Below, piece by piece: positions 13,664 to 27,300 of a stretch of 64,000 nucleotides of DNA. A model generated the notes under the pieces. It was not told the origin of the DNA. It worked only from the letters and a program-made list of their open reading frames with translations, and did not search any database. Source of the DNA: Eledone cirrhosa (Eukaryota); NCBI GenBank assembly GCA_964016885.1, contig OZ024743.1, positions 199,330,001-199,394,000 on the forward strand. Direction: 5' to 3'. A program made the translations under genes and the position numbers. The number at the start of each line of letters is the position of its first letter. Positions within the stretch are counted from its first letter, which is position 1.

Positions 13664-13670
<7 letters not shown>
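13087..13670. mobile_element. Fold-back element with about 170-bp inverted arms around a hammerhead-containing spacer
   Basis: 13150-13320 is the reverse complement of 13501-13670. Confidence 0.8.
13361..13403 (-). ncRNA. Minimal type I hammerhead ribozyme
   Basis: Minus strand acgatg|CTGACGA|t-agct-aata-agct-t|GAAA|ctag|TA|catcgt: canonical core, perfect 6-bp stem I, palindromic CUAG stem III; first stem II pair is a U-U mismatch. Confidence 0.8.
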
Positions 13671-13729
<59 letters not shown>

Positions 13730-13787
13730 ATATATGCGTGTATATGTGCATCATATATATGGATAGATGTATATGTATGAGCATATG

Positions 13788-13839
<52 letters not shown>

Positions 13840-14578
13840 CATGCATATAGCATACTCAAAGCATTCTTCATTCATTACAACAGTTAGTAGGAAGACGTAG
13901 TAAAAACAGAAGGAAGATTTTTATCACTTAGATTTTGCAGATTTGAAAAAGCTTTTATCTCAGCAAACCACTTGTTACAATTTGTTTTTGAAAGCAGGTG
14001 CTTGTTGTCTCACTCTCTAGTCCCATTTAACACTACAATAACGTACACCCAATTTCAACCTTACCCTGTATTGTACCCACCCACCCAACTTTTTTTTCAT
14101 AAGCTACATCACTTGTTCAGTTGCTTTCTTATCAGCTATGAAAGCATCCCATTGAATTCTGTAGTCACTTATAGCTTGTAATATGAGGAACCTCACTGTT
14201 TCCTTTTTGTGTCAGATGCCATCAAGACCTCTGATGTCCTTGGTATCCAGACTGCAGGGGTTCCTCTACCAAATCAGGAGGAAGGCATTACACCTGATAA
14301 AGAAGACCCTTGAGGTAGACTGATACTGACTAATGTAGAGGGTATTACTGGTTGTTTTCCATGGCAATGTTACCACCATTGTGTTCATGGGGCACAGTAG
14401 TTGAGATAAACCATCCATCCAAGGGTGAGAGTTTGTCTCCTTCCTATCCTTTTTTTACTTTTTCTTTCTTTCTACTTTTTCTTTGTTGTTTTGAAGATTT
14501 TGTAATATTTTATGTCTAATATATTATCCAATAACATTTTTCAGTTGTTTTGCTGAAGATGGGTGAAAGGAGTAAGTA

Positions 14579-14988
14579 CAGCCCTGGATTAACCATTAAC
14601 CTGTTGACTGCCACGTATATTTTACACAGCTACAGTTCTTTATATATTTTACACAGCCAGGTTTTTTTCCAGTAAAATGACTATTTTTTTTAAACAAACA
14701 TTTATTAACAACAAATATCTGAATGATTGACAAGTGTCACAACAATGAACTAGTAACCCCATCTCGCTTTGAAGTTATGAACTGTTGGAAAAGAGTTCAA
14801 ACATGTTAAGAAGAGTTATCTCGTCTATGGCACTGAAGAGGTTCAGGAAAATAACACTGCTTAGGGCAGAAGGAGAACAATAAAGTATTTTCTCAGTACA
14901 GTGTATTAGAATCTGTTCTATATACAGTATATGAGTGTACTGTGATATTTTAGTCATAAAGGCCCCTAAAGGTTTTAATCTAGTCCAG
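14579..14988. mobile_element. Degenerate MITE-like element(s)
   Basis: Ends cagccctggattaacc ... ggttttaatctagtccag are loosely inverted; internal ttaacctgttgactgcc resembles a piggyBac-type end. Confidence 0.3.
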
Positions 14989-15401
14989 AGTGAATGGATC
15001 TACTCTCAACATGAACCTGAAGGCCAGAGAACACAGCAATTTCCCTTGACTCTAAGGATAATCCTCAATGTAAATACTTCTTTGATGGGCTCCTAGTAGA
15101 GTGTCACCTTAGTGGGATTTGTCATTGCTATTCAATGTCTTTGTTTTCTTGGTCATTGATAAGAGTTGAATGACTAGTATCTTCTAGGGGACTTTCAGAT
15201 CAAGGATCAGTTTGAGAAGAAATGATTAAAACACTAAGTACCAAACTTGAAAAATATAAGTGTTAGGGCAATTTCTTCAAGAAAATTCCTTCAATGTAGT
15301 GCCCCAGTATAGCCAGTCTAATGACTAAAACTGGTAAAAAAAGAATGTGTATGTATGTATAAACATATATAGAGAGAGAGACACACATACATAATATGTG
15401 A

Positions 15402-15472
<71 letters not shown>

Positions 15473-15490
15473 TATACATACATACATACA

Positions 15491-15521
<31 letters not shown>

Positions 15522-15917
15522 GTATATTTATATATATATATTGTTGAATTTAAAGAAAGAAATCAATGTGTAAAGTAAAGAGAATTAACAATTCTTTGAA
15601 AAATTCTTCCCCAAACTAAATGCTGTATCAGATTGCTCAGAGTGCTTGTTTCAGTGTAGACAAAGGATGGTTTTGTGCAGAGATGTGAGCAATGGAAATA
15701 AATAAAAAACAGAAACACAAAAGAAACCAAAGAATAAATAAAAATAAACAGAATAAAAAAAATTGGGTGAAAATAAACAGGAAAAATAGGAAAGCACCAT
15801 TGGTCAAGAATTGGAAATATGAAGAAAATTAAATTGATTGGTTGGTGTATGTTGTTTGAAAACCAAACATGGAATACAATGCTAACGCTATTATACATAC
15901 ATAATGGCAAAAAAAGC

Positions 15918-16800
15918 CAGCCATTCCACCAGTCAGCCAGCCAGCCTACCAACCAGCCAGCCAACCAACCAGCCAGACAACCAACCAACCAGCCAGACAA
16001 CCAACCAACCAGCCAGACAACCAACCAACCAGCCAGACAACCAACCAACCAGCCAGCCAGCCAACCATAAGGCAGCCAACCAACCATCCAGCCAGCCAAC
16101 CATCAGGCAGCCAACCAACCAGCCAGACAACCAACCAACCAACCAGCCATGCATCCAACCATCCAGCCAGCCAACCAACCAACCAGCCAACCAACCAACC
16201 AACCAGCCAACCAACCAACCAACCAGCCAACCAACCAACCAACCAGCCAACCAACCAACCAACCAGCCAACCAACCAACCAACCAGCCAGCCAACTATTC
16301 AGACAACCAACCAATCAGTCAGACAACCAACCAACCAGCCAGACAACCAACCAACCATCCAGCCAGCCAACCATCAGGCAGCCAACCAACCAGCCAGACA
16401 ACCAACCAACCAACCAGCCATGCATCCAACCATCCAGCCAGCCAACCAACCAACCAGCCAACCAACCAACCAACCAGCCAACCAACCAACCAACCAGCCA
16501 ACCAACCAACCAACCAGCCAACCAACCAACCAACCAGCCAACCAACCAACCAACCAGCCAGCCAACTATTCAGACAACCAACCAATCAGTCAGACAACCA
16601 ACCAACCAGCCAGATAGCTAAACAGTCAGCCAACCAGTCAGCCAACTAGCCATCCAACCAATAAACCATCCACCCACCCAACCATCCATCCAGCTTGCCA
16701 ACCAACCTGCCAGTCAGCCAGCCAGCTATACAGCCAACCACCCAACCACCAACCAGCCAGCTAGACAGCCAACCATCAAAGCAGTCAGCTAGCCAGTCAA
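15918..16800. repeat. (CCAA/CCAG)n tetranucleotide array with internal 271-bp duplication
   Basis: catcaggcagccaacc at 16101 and 16372, and the following block, repeat at a 271-bp offset. Confidence 0.93.
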
Positions 16801-17084
16801 TAAAATTCACCACCAGCCAGTGGTATATTATAGAGTTCTCGAGACAAAAACCTGCCTTCATGAAATGATACTGTTCAACACACAAGTAGGACAACCACAG
16901 ATAAGGATTGAAACAAGCTCTAATGATTGTATATTAATAATGTATTGCAAGATCAGAATACACATGTTTGCTCACTCTCCCTACCTACATTCTTTAATGT
17001 AAAGCAGGAGTGTTTGTTTGTTGCATTCGTCCAGTAAATACCAACAGCAACAACAGAAGAGAGATGTGTGTATGTATGTGTATA

Positions 17085-17179
<95 letters not shown>

Positions 17180-17515
17180 CTGTTGGCATCACAACAGGAT
17201 GGTAATACATGACCAGCAGCATATCCCCATAATTACATAACTACACCTGTGATTATATGACCATCTGATGAAATCACATGCATAACTATATAACAGAAAT
17301 GTATATCATGGAATAAAGCAATTGTGGTGAAGTAATCCTGTCTAAACTACTTTTAATTAATAAATGAATACTCCATCTCTCCTAAGAACCAACATTTAGG
17401 TAGGATAAACTACTGACATGAAGTGCTTTTGGATCGCTTGAACTGGTTTATCCTCATGAAATTACAGAGTAACAACCATGTATAAGCACTTTATCTTCTG
17501 CAATTATATAGTACT

Positions 17516-18490
17516 GAAATATGCAGATGACATCAAGCTGTACCTTGAAATCAAAAGGACAGATCCTGAAATCTATAACTCTTTCCTACAATGAGACCTG
17601 GACACAATGAAGCAATGGATCACAGACTGGCAACTGAAGTTGGCTGTGGACAAGTGTACCACCATGCATTTTGGGAGGAAAAATCCAGCGTCCACATACT
17701 CCCTCCACAACACTGATATCAAGAAGTCCTCTTGTGAACGTGACCTGAGCATTACTGTCAGCAGCGATTTGCGTTGGACAAAGCACATCTCTAAAATTGT
17801 CAAGAAGGCCTAGGTTGTCTTGGCATCACTCAGCAAGACCTTTATTAGCCACTCTCCAGCCATCTATTTAAAGCTGTATACAGCTATGGTACGACCACAC
17901 TTGGAATTCGCATCATCAGTCTGGAACACTATCTTGCTCAGAACATTGACCTCCTGGAAATTGTTCAGAGACGTGCGACCAAGCGCATACCCTCCATCAG
18001 ACATCTAACATACTCTGAACGCCTTGCTTCCATGGGCATGGATTCATTGAAGCTCCGACGTCTGGCAATGGACTTGGTAAACACCCACAAAGTTATTAAC
18101 CATCTCGCCAACAACAACCCTGAGCACCTTTTTGATCTCCATGTGTCTAACACACGTGGACATGCCTACAAAATCAGAAAACAACACAGCTCCCATGACT
18201 TTCGGAAACATTTTTTCACGCTCAGAGTTGCTGAAGCATGGAACAAACTACCTGCATCAGTTATTAGCTGCCGAGACACTGCATCCTTTAAAGCCCTCAA
18301 GCTTCCGAAAATTCGCCAAAACTACACCTGATGTCCCCCTTCCATACACATGCACACATGTGTATATGCACACATGACTCATGCACTGTTCATTTTTCTG
18401 ACTTTGTACATTACCCTATGTACTATACATACACTTTTGATGAGTTGTAGTGCACCTGAGCACTGTACACAATATTTTCATTATTATATA
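17516..18490 (+). mobile_element. CR1-clade LINE 3' fragment (RT C-terminal half plus 3' UTR)
   Basis: KYADDIKLY, WQLKLAVDKC, ERDLSITVSSDLRW, LYTAMVRPHLEFASSVW, NTRGHAYKI, FFTLRVAEAWNKLP; stops and a frameshift present. Confidence 0.93.
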
Positions 18491-18532
18491 TATAGTATAC
18501 TATTTATAGAGTATATATATATATATATATAT

Positions 18533-18612
<80 letters not shown>

Positions 18613-18846
18613 ATATATATAGAGTGTGTGTATATATACATACATACATGTAAGTTTCAGAAGATCCCGTATAGAGTGAAAGCAGAAATTCTTTGCTTAA
18701 AATTTAATCTGTACTAATAATAAATATTTGCTCTATGGGTTTATATATACATATATATATATATGTAATCCTTATTGAGCCCTCTTTGGAATTTTGTCTT
18801 TGTATTTATTATTACAACACACACACATATAGGTATATATATATAT

Positions 18847-18919
<73 letters not shown>

Positions 18920-18923
<4 letters not shown>

Positions 18924-19148
18924 AAAAGAGTCAGGACCCCAACGGCTGAGCTCCGGCTGTTTCAACAGCTAGATCTGAACTAACCTAGTAGAATACTGCT
19001 GGCTTTGTTTGGATCTAGCTGCTGAAACGGCTGGAGCTCAGCCATTGGGGTCCTGACTCTTTTCTTATCACCCACTCTACTATCCTATGTATCGAGTACT
19101 CTGGTGTGTTATGGTCCACCTGGTATTTTACCATACTTTCTTTGTTAT
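18920..19148 (-). mobile_element. TA-embedded fold-back repeat (family C)
   Basis: About 58-bp inverted arms (18921-18978 and 19009-19066) plus a unique arm; homologues at 37944-38133, 41951-42014 and 55231-55423. Confidence 0.8.
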
Positions 19149-19161
19149 ATATATATGTATA

Positions 19162-20268
19162 CTAGCAGAGGTACCCGGCGTTTCTCGGATATTAAATAGC
19201 AGTTGTGTATACCATATTAAATAGCAGTTGTGTATACCATTTATGTCAATACTTGAATGCTGCTTCGAAAACTATACTTTTACAAAATCATCGGCTTTTT
19301 CCAAAAGGGGGTTCCTGCCCCCAGAGGTCCCCCACTCAATATGTGCCAATTCTGACTGTTCGCATTCATCTGTAGGACAAACGTAGCCCATGTGTCAAGT
19401 TTTGTGAAAATTCGTTGCGAACTCCAGAAATTATGACGTTCTGTTGCATTGCACTGCAGTGCTTCAGTCGACTCCAAGTAAGTGGTTAAAGTGGTTAAAG
19501 AGGTTATCTGCCGGGGGGGGGGGGGGGCTATAATCAATATCTGGAAAAATGACAGAGCCCATGACCATCCGGAGTACATAAGTAACCTATGTCTTAAGTT
19601 TGGTGAAAATACTGTTGAAATGCATAAGGTTTATACATACGCGCGTGCGTTCGTTCGTGTGTGTGTGATGGGGGGGGGGGGTGTATTTGTGTGTGCGTAT
19701 GTATGTGTATGTCCGTCGGGGCATACGTATGTACTGGCCTAAATCTTCATTATTTACTTTTACTATTTTAATAACCTCTGTCATTATCGTTTTCAATTGT
19801 ATTTACATCATTCTTAAACTCCGGGGTTGGAAATCATTCTGTTATTTTAAATAGAATATTATTATAACGACTCCATTTATACCATAAACTTGGTCTTGTC
19901 TTTGCATGAAATTGTTCTTCTCGCTCCACATAACGACGTATTAGCCTCGCTTTTTTTCCGTTCATTGCCAGGGAACGTCTTCACGAACCAAAATATCGTC
20001 TTCCTGTTTTCGTTCGCTTGCAACGTTTCTCGAAATAATTACTTCTGCGTTCACAGATTACTCTCAGTTCAATTTGAATGAGAAATTCCTGTTTTATCGA
20101 TTTTCTCCGTAACCATGGAAGCTTGTAGCTTGAAAGTCGACCCAACGCCTCCTTGGGTCATTCTGCATAACTCTGTAAATTTTCGCTGCATTCCACCAAG
20201 CCATTTCGACGTTTATCCGACTACACCTACATATACAACGTCCGACCACTTCCAATTTATATATTAGA
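19162..20268 (-). mobile_element. Non-autonomous Helitron 1
   Basis: Minus strand starts TCTAATATATAAA and ends with GC hairpin ccgagaaacgccgggtac..CTAG followed by T. Confidence 0.7.
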
Positions 20269-21079
20269 CTAGCAGCTGAACCCGGTTGCACCCGGGGCCA
20301 CTTTTTATTAAGTTAATAATTTGAAAAATATTATTGAAAGTTTATTATAAAGAAGCAGTTTCAGGAAAAAAAAATAGAAATATGCACTTGGGGCTGGACG
20401 GCGTACAATGAGAAGTGGAGCGACGTGAAAAGCGTTGTTTATTAACAGCGAAATAGCAATGTCGATGATATGCAATTTGAAAAATACTACTTACTGTTAG
20501 TGGTGGTTAACATGTATTAGAATTAAAATAAAAACACGCGTCCCTTCTTCGCAATTTAAGGGTTTTATTTCTTTTGATGGAAAACAGTGACCGTACTGCA
20601 GAATCGATTTCATAAAACGATACTGTATGATCGTTAAATGTAGAAGGATGATAGTTTATTAACAGCGAAATAGCAATGTCGATGATATGCAAGTTTAAAA
20701 ATGCATATTATGAAGGTTTGTATGATAGTTTACACTTTTTCCTGAAACTGCTTCTTTATAATAAACTTTCAATAATATTTTTCAAATTATTGGTACTGTA
20801 TGTTTACAGCGAAAGAACGTTGATGAGTTTAAACATGTGTATGAAATTGTAAATAAGACAAAAGTATTAGAACAGGGGGAAATAACTCACCGAACGCGAT
20901 AGTTTTGGGCCCCATGGACCACATTTTTCAAGTTAGAGATTTAAAACCTCGTCTATTTGCTTCCTTGGCACGTTTTTCATAGGTGTGTAAATTTTCATGT
21001 CAGTCCGACCACGTCTACTACCATTTAACCGTGCACATTTGAATTTCAACCACCACCCATTTCACAAATATATATTAGA
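20269..21079 (-). mobile_element. Non-autonomous Helitron 2, abutting Helitron 1
   Basis: Minus strand A|TCTAATATATA start; 3' hairpin cccgggtgcaaccggg then cagctgCTAG. Confidence 0.75.
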
Positions 21080-21191
21080 TTTGTTTATATATGAATGACA
21101 AAAAGAAAAGTACAAAACTATACATGAATTGTTTCTACTAAACCTTCAATTTAAGACACAAACTACATATTTGATAGGACTCCAGCTCACA

Positions 21192-21330
21192 TCTTCTTCT
21201 TCTTCTTCTTCTTCTTTTGCTCCCCCTGAAACATTGGGCTGCGAGCCACCCCCACACAACGCCATGTTCTGAGTCTACTTTTCAACTCCACCGTGATACA
21301 CGGTGCGTCATGGTGTATCTAACCATTTTT
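21192..21330 (-). mobile_element. Probable RTE 3' end with (GAA)n tail
   Basis: (CTT)n followed by sequence resembling the complement of an RTE 3' terminus. Confidence 0.4.
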
Positions 21331-21363
21331 TTAGGTCTTACTACGGAATTTTACTGCTTTATT

Positions 21364-21606
21364 TGTATGAAATTGTAAATAAGACAAAAGTATTAGAACA
21401 GGGGGAAATAACTCACCGAACGCGATAGTTTTGGGGCTCCAGGGACCAGATTTTTCAAGTTAGAGATTTGAAACCTCATCTATTTGCTTCCTTGACACTT
21501 TTTTCATAGGTGTGTAAATTTTCATGTCAGTCCGACCACGTCTACTACCATTTAACCGTGCACATCTGAATTTCAACCACCACCCATTTCACAAATATAT
21601 ATTAGA
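21364..21606 (-). mobile_element. Duplicated 5' portion of Helitron 2
   Basis: Near-identical to 20838-21079 and ends at the same TC terminus. Confidence 0.85.
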
Positions 21607-21619
21607 TATATATGTGTGT

Positions 21620-21709
<90 letters not shown>

Positions 21710-21884
21710 ATGTGTATGTGTGTGCATGTGTATGTGTGTGCATGTGTGTGTGTGTATACACATATATATATATATTTAATAATCTTGTATACTTGTAGAT
21801 GTGAGAGTTATCATTATAACTACTATAAATATGGTTCATTGGAACAACTAGTAGAAGACCAGATAAAATTCTAAGTAATATTTG

Positions 21885-22075
21885 ATTATAGCTCAATAAA
21901 TTCTAAGTTCAAAGCCTGCCAAGATCATCTCTGAATGTCATCCTTTCAAAGTCAATAAAAGAAACTACCAGTCAAATAATGAGGTTGATTAAATCTGCTT
22001 CTCCCACCCAATCTCCAAAAAAAACGTTCCGGCCGGCCTTGTGCCTAAAGTAGAAATCATTATTAAAATTACAAG
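21885..22075 (+). mobile_element. SINE family A, diverged copy
   Basis: ttctaagttcaaagcctgcc..tcatcctttc..ggccttgtgcctaaagtagaaatcattatt. Confidence 0.7.
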
Positions 22076-22107
22076 TATGTATGTTTTGAAACAGCGAGCG
22101 AGTTTAA

Positions 22108-22412
22108 AATTAGAAATAAAAGCTTTCACCGTATTTTTTGACAAAAGAAATTTTAGCCCAATAGTGGGTTTAGAATCCTCTAAGAAATGGGAAAAAATGA
22201 GTATTGACATAAATGGAAGTTGCACCCACATCTTTGGTTATCCAGACCACTGTGCTACCATTACACCAGTGGTCTGGATAACCAAAGATGAGGGTTTGAC
22301 TCCCATGTACATCAATACTGATCTTTTTCCATGCCTTATAGGGTTCTAAACCCCACTATCAGGCTAAAATTTCTATAGTAAAAAAATACAGCGAAAGCTT
22401 CTATTTCTAATT
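22108..22412. mobile_element. Fold-back (palindromic) MITE-like element
   Basis: Imperfect inverted arms over the whole length; inner perfect stem ggttatccagaccactg/cagtggtctggataacc. Confidence 0.75.
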
Positions 22413-23445
22413 ATTCTAATTGTTATCATTAATATTAGTATTTCCAAATGAGTAAAGACATCATTTATGGCACATTTTATTCATCAAAATATAATTAATC
22501 CAATCAAATCATCTTATTATTTGTCCTCTTAGAGTTTAAAATAAAATTTTTTCATTCAAATTCTTTCTACACTTATAATTGGAGATTTTGTATGTGAGCA
22601 GTGTCAACTATCTTAACCCACCAAAACCCTGATATATTTTCTATCAATTAAGGAATTTTGTTTGTGTACCTAATTATTTACATGTTTAGTTATTTTGTCT
22701 GCAACAACATTTACACCAGTTCTGAGTCAATATTTTCTTCACCATCTTGATATCTATATAGTTCAAAGATTTTGTTTACTATCACACCATTTACACATTG
22801 CCAAAATTCCAAGGTTTAAGGTCAAGGTCTCCTTTCCTGGGGTTAATACTGGGTCAAAAACAAATTTGTACTTTTTTTTTTTTTTTTTCATTTGATAACA
22901 CTCAGAAATCAGAACATATCAGCTTATTGCTTGCTAAAAATAATCCCAATGATGATAGAAAAGATATTTGAATTCTATATACTTTTATTGTTTAGCTTCT
23001 TGTGAATTGATTCAGCAATATGGGTTCAAATCTCAGTTGCATAATCCTACATTAATTATTTTTTGCACATCAAAATTCTAGCTATAACCAGTAACCTGGT
23101 GAAGTAAGGGTTAACTTTTCATTAACATACTACATGAAGATTAAACCACTATGAGCCAATATGTGAACATCCATACAAAGTTATATCTCCCTCAAACCAT
23201 CTTCATAAAAAGAAAGAGAAATTGGATGAGATAATCTAGGGGATATGATACCTATAATGAATTAGATGGTAATAAGTGAAATACCATTGATCATAGGCTT
23301 TATCTAACAGTACTATCCTGTGATTAAAAACAATAACAACCCTATTACTAAATCAATGAACAAGCTTCTATACAGTGGCTTCATCTGCTAAAAGTAGTAG
23401 CCAAATCTTTCTCAAACCACACCTGATCATTCATTAAACTGTACA

Positions 23446-23673
23446 TTAACCCTTTAGCATTCACATTACTCTATATATACTATTATATTTTCATGGTAAA
23501 GGCTTTACCATGCATAATTATCTCACATAATATCGAATCTATGAGATTTTGAAAGTATTTATTTTGAGAACAATACCTTAACATCAGTTTGAACGACCAG
23601 TTACAGCCAGTTTCAACAGAGAGAGGTAGAGAATTCTAGCCAGTTTTGGCCGGTTTGAACATTAAAGGGTTAA
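23446..23673 (+). mobile_element. piggyBac-like MITE (family P)
   Basis: TTAA|CCCTTTAGCATT ... aacattAAAGGG|TTAA. Confidence 0.85.
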
Positions 23674-24739
23674 CTGATATCCTAGATACACTGTGTCTGA
23701 AAAAATGCCCTTAATCATTATCTGCTTGATCAGGGCTAACCTTAGGCTAAACAAAACTGAATATTTTTATTCAATCTACCATAACATATGAACTAAATCA
23801 GTTTGTTAGTCTGAAATATTGAGGGAAGTAGAGCTATATATTTTGCCTAGTGGCAGACCACATTGTCTAAAAGCAGTAGTAAGTTTTGAACCCAGAACAG
23901 ATAACTAGAAAATAATTTGTACAAAATAAAACTTTGACCTTACACCCATCAAGTTTCATGTTTATGAAAACAAATTATTTTAAACATGAAATCTTTATAA
24001 AATATGTAAAACATGTAAAAAAATATGTAAAAAAAACATATGTAAAAAATGTAAAATGTGACTCTTTTTACACTTATACCAATTCATTTATTATTTTTAC
24101 TTGTTGTTTCCACTATATGTCTAGTTTGTGTTTATTAATGAAGTGTGAAGTCATATGTCAAGCCTTTAGTTACTATTGCAGTAAGAAATTGTAATTGTTG
24201 TAGTTGTCTACCTTAACAGAAATATCATATGTCACCATATCGGCATGATGAGTTTAAGTTTCTGAAATTAATTACTTCTTTCAAAATTCAAATATTTTCC
24301 CTTTTCTCATTGTAAAACTTTTATTGATGGGAAAGTGTTAAAGAAATGTAATAAAGGAGAGTAAACTATACTAACAAACTTTAAAACACACTTGAAACTT
24401 GATAGAGAAATATATGAAAAATATGCAAATATTTATTTCTCTATAGAAATCATTATTTAATCAGGATCTATCTTTGACACAGTGTTGAATATTTTGATAA
24501 TGCTGTTGCTGTTACTGGTTATAGTGATGATGATATAGAAAGTCGCTATAGCTTAGATGTATTTACCACTATAAAGTTTCCATTGTGATGTTAAATTTTC
24601 TGCTTAGCACATTGAGCAAGACAAATGATTAAAGGTTAACATTAAGGCTGCCAGCCTTAACTAACACAATATAGCAGAGTGTTGGACAAAGTTATATAAT
24701 CTATTACATTTTTTACCTTATGTCTCTTTATTTTACAGT

Positions 24740-25021
24740 CAAAACCAACTGGCAGGAGACCCAGGTGTAGAGCCCAAGCAAGATGGTTGGATAACATGTA
24801 TGAGCTTGGCTGGTCTCACTTAGGGATCCAGCCGGATCAGTTGGAGATGGTTGCTTTAGACAAGATGTGCTGGAAGGAGTGTTTGAGAAGTCTGCCTCCA
24901 CGACCCTCTCATGAAGAAGAAGAAGAAGAAGAAGAAGAAGAAGAAGAAGAAAAAGAAGAAGAAGAAGAAGAAGAAGAAGAAGAAGAAGAAGAAGAAGAAG
25001 AAGAAGAAGAAGAAGAAGAAA
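24740..25021 (+). mobile_element. RTE LINE 3' end with (GAA)n tail
   Basis: KPTGRRPRCRAQARWLDNMYELGWSHLGI..LRSLPPRPS then about 36 GAA units. Confidence 0.85.
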
Positions 25022-25584
25022 ACATTGTGTCTCTTTCGAGTTTAAATATCACTATGTTCAAGTATGGCCCATACCTGGCTGTGTAGTGAACAAGTTTAAT
25101 TCACAACCATCTGGTTCAAATTTTTTCATTCTACCATACAGAACTCTTTTACTATAGAATTACAGTGACCAATAATTTGTGTGTGGACATTTTGAGAGAG
25201 AAGCACATATGTGCAGATTGTAAGCCACCAATGTTAGATCCTCTGTAGATCATAGGCTGAGGTCATCAAGTTGGGTTGTCACATGTCTCCAGTCTGTGGC
25301 AGTCATATATTTTCTTTTTCTAACTACCAGGGTCCAATGTGGCTTTATGATTTAAATGTGTATTGTAAGATCTGTACTCATATGCAGTCACTTTCTTTGA
25401 TTAATTTATTATTGGAAGTGATGTTAATTCATTTAAATGGATTAATTTCCCCTTCTCTTACACCTCCCATTAGCACAAGCTGAAGCATACATCTCGTATG
25501 TACCACCCACCCATCACACATACCCATATACTCACCTCCATAATACCCACACATCCTTATCAGCACAGCCCTCCAGCCCACACC

Positions 25585-25837
25585 ATAAAGTGGTTGGGAT
25601 CACGACATGGCAAAAAATACCCAGCCCACACTGTATAGTGGTCGTGTAGGTGTCACAACAAAAAGCAACCAGTACTCATTGTAAATGTGGTTGGTGTTAA
25701 GAAGGGCGTCCAGCTGTAGAAACCAAGCCAAAATCAGACATGGTCACTTGACCTGGCCTATCTTACAACTGGACAACTCATCTAACCCATGCTTGTGTGA
25801 AAATTGGATGTTAGACGGAGAAGATGATGATGATGAT
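25585..25837 (+). mobile_element. 5'-truncated SINE B-type body and tail
   Basis: cccagcccacactgt..ggttggtgttaagaagggcgtccagctgtagaaacc..aacccatgc..ggatgtt..gatgatgat. Confidence 0.7.
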
Positions 25838-25869
25838 AGGTTGCAAAGCCTCTATACATAGCAGAGGTC

Positions 25870-26100
25870 TAGCTAAGAACTTTAATGAGATGTTTTATAT
25901 CAGTTGGCTTTCCTTAAGTTGACATATATAGTTAGATAATGACATTGAATATTTTGCTTCAGGTTGCAAAATGAATTCAGATGTTGGCTGTTTCATCATA
26001 AAATTGTCATCTATGAGGCCAATATAAGTCCCATTTATGGAGTTGCTCCTCACAGTACTTTGATAAATGGAAAGCTTAGAAGATCTCTTCATTTACTGCC
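25870..26100 (-). mobile_element. Penelope-like GIY-YIG endonuclease fragment (pseudogene)
   Basis: SIYQSTVRSNSINGTYIGL...KYSMSLSNYICQLK fits the PLE endonuclease pattern IYxxxV..YIG..F..STxLSxYIWxLK. Confidence 0.7.
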
Positions 26101-26284
26101 TGAAGATTGTTCTATTGGTATGTCCCTTATTTCGACTCCTATCAAGTTTAGCTGCATCAGAAGAAGTAATGTTTTATGCAAGGTTGAATGTAGTGGAATA
26201 AGAAAGTTTGGCTGTATTGTGATTGAAGATTCTGTGATACCAGTGTCATGGAAGGAAGTGGTTACTGAGTAATGAGTGCCATGT

Positions 26285-26695
26285 AACTTCACAACAACAC
26301 TCCAACTGTCTCTTCCGAGTGACACTCTAATGTAACAACACTCCAATTAACACTTTTGAGTGCACTATCTTCACAACAACACTCCAGCTGTCACTTATGA
26401 GTGCCGCTCTAACTACACAACACTCCAATTAACCCTTTTGAGTACCACTCCATCTTCACAGCAACATGTTGACTGTCACTTCTGAGTGCTACTCTAACTA
26501 CACAACACTCCAATTAAGACTTTTGAGTGCCACTTTATCTTCACAACAACACTCCAACTGTCACTTGTGAGTGACACTTTAACTTCACAAACAACACTAC
26601 AGTTGTCACTTATGGGTGTCACTTTAACTTCACAACAAGACTCCAATTGTCACTTGTAAGTGCCACTCTAACTTCCCAACAACACTTTAATTGTT
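26285..26695. repeat. About 44-bp diverged minisatellite, about 9 units
   Basis: Consensus aacttcacaacaacactccaactgtcacttgtgagtgccactct. Confidence 0.9.
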
Positions 26696-27300
26696 GCTGA
26701 TGAGGTTCATACATTCAGTCTATAACATGAACCTGAGCATTGCTGCTGAGTGTAATTCTTATTTTACCACAACTCTACTAATGTGGACAAGGATCACTTT
26801 CATTGATCTGCTGGTTCTCTGCCATATGTTTACTTAGGCAGTGACTGGGGCCAGCCAATTACAACATTAGATAAAACTATTGCATTCATCAATGTCTCTC
26901 TCAATGTATACATATATATATGTGTGTGTGAAGTTTTGTATACAAACATAAAGGTGTGTATGTGTATATACACATGAACATAAAATTTAATATGTAACAA
27001 TATGTAATAGCTTCAAAATATTGAGTTCAAAATATTGTATATACATGCATGTATATACAGAAAGCTATTGGGTATTCTGCATGTACACATAAGTATGCAT
27101 AAATACAATTCTTTATATGTATGTATTTGTCTATACATATGTATGTATGTATGATTATATGTATGCATATATGTATGTATGTTTGTATGAATGTATACAT
27201 GTATGTGTGTATGAATGTATTTATATATATATCTAAATATATATAATGATATATATATATAAAGAAAACAAGTTCATATACATATATATATATATATATA

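Noticed and set aside
15904-16649. QPTN-repeat proteins
   Set aside because: Tetranucleotide microsatellite open in all frames
24739-25086. Exon with a poly-Glu tail after a good acceptor
   Set aside because: Peptide is an RTE C-terminus with a (GAA)n tail
26285-26695. CRISPR-like array (also considered for 37385-37720 and 47621-47747)
   Set aside because: Contiguous tandem units without unique spacers, eukaryotic context, no cas genes
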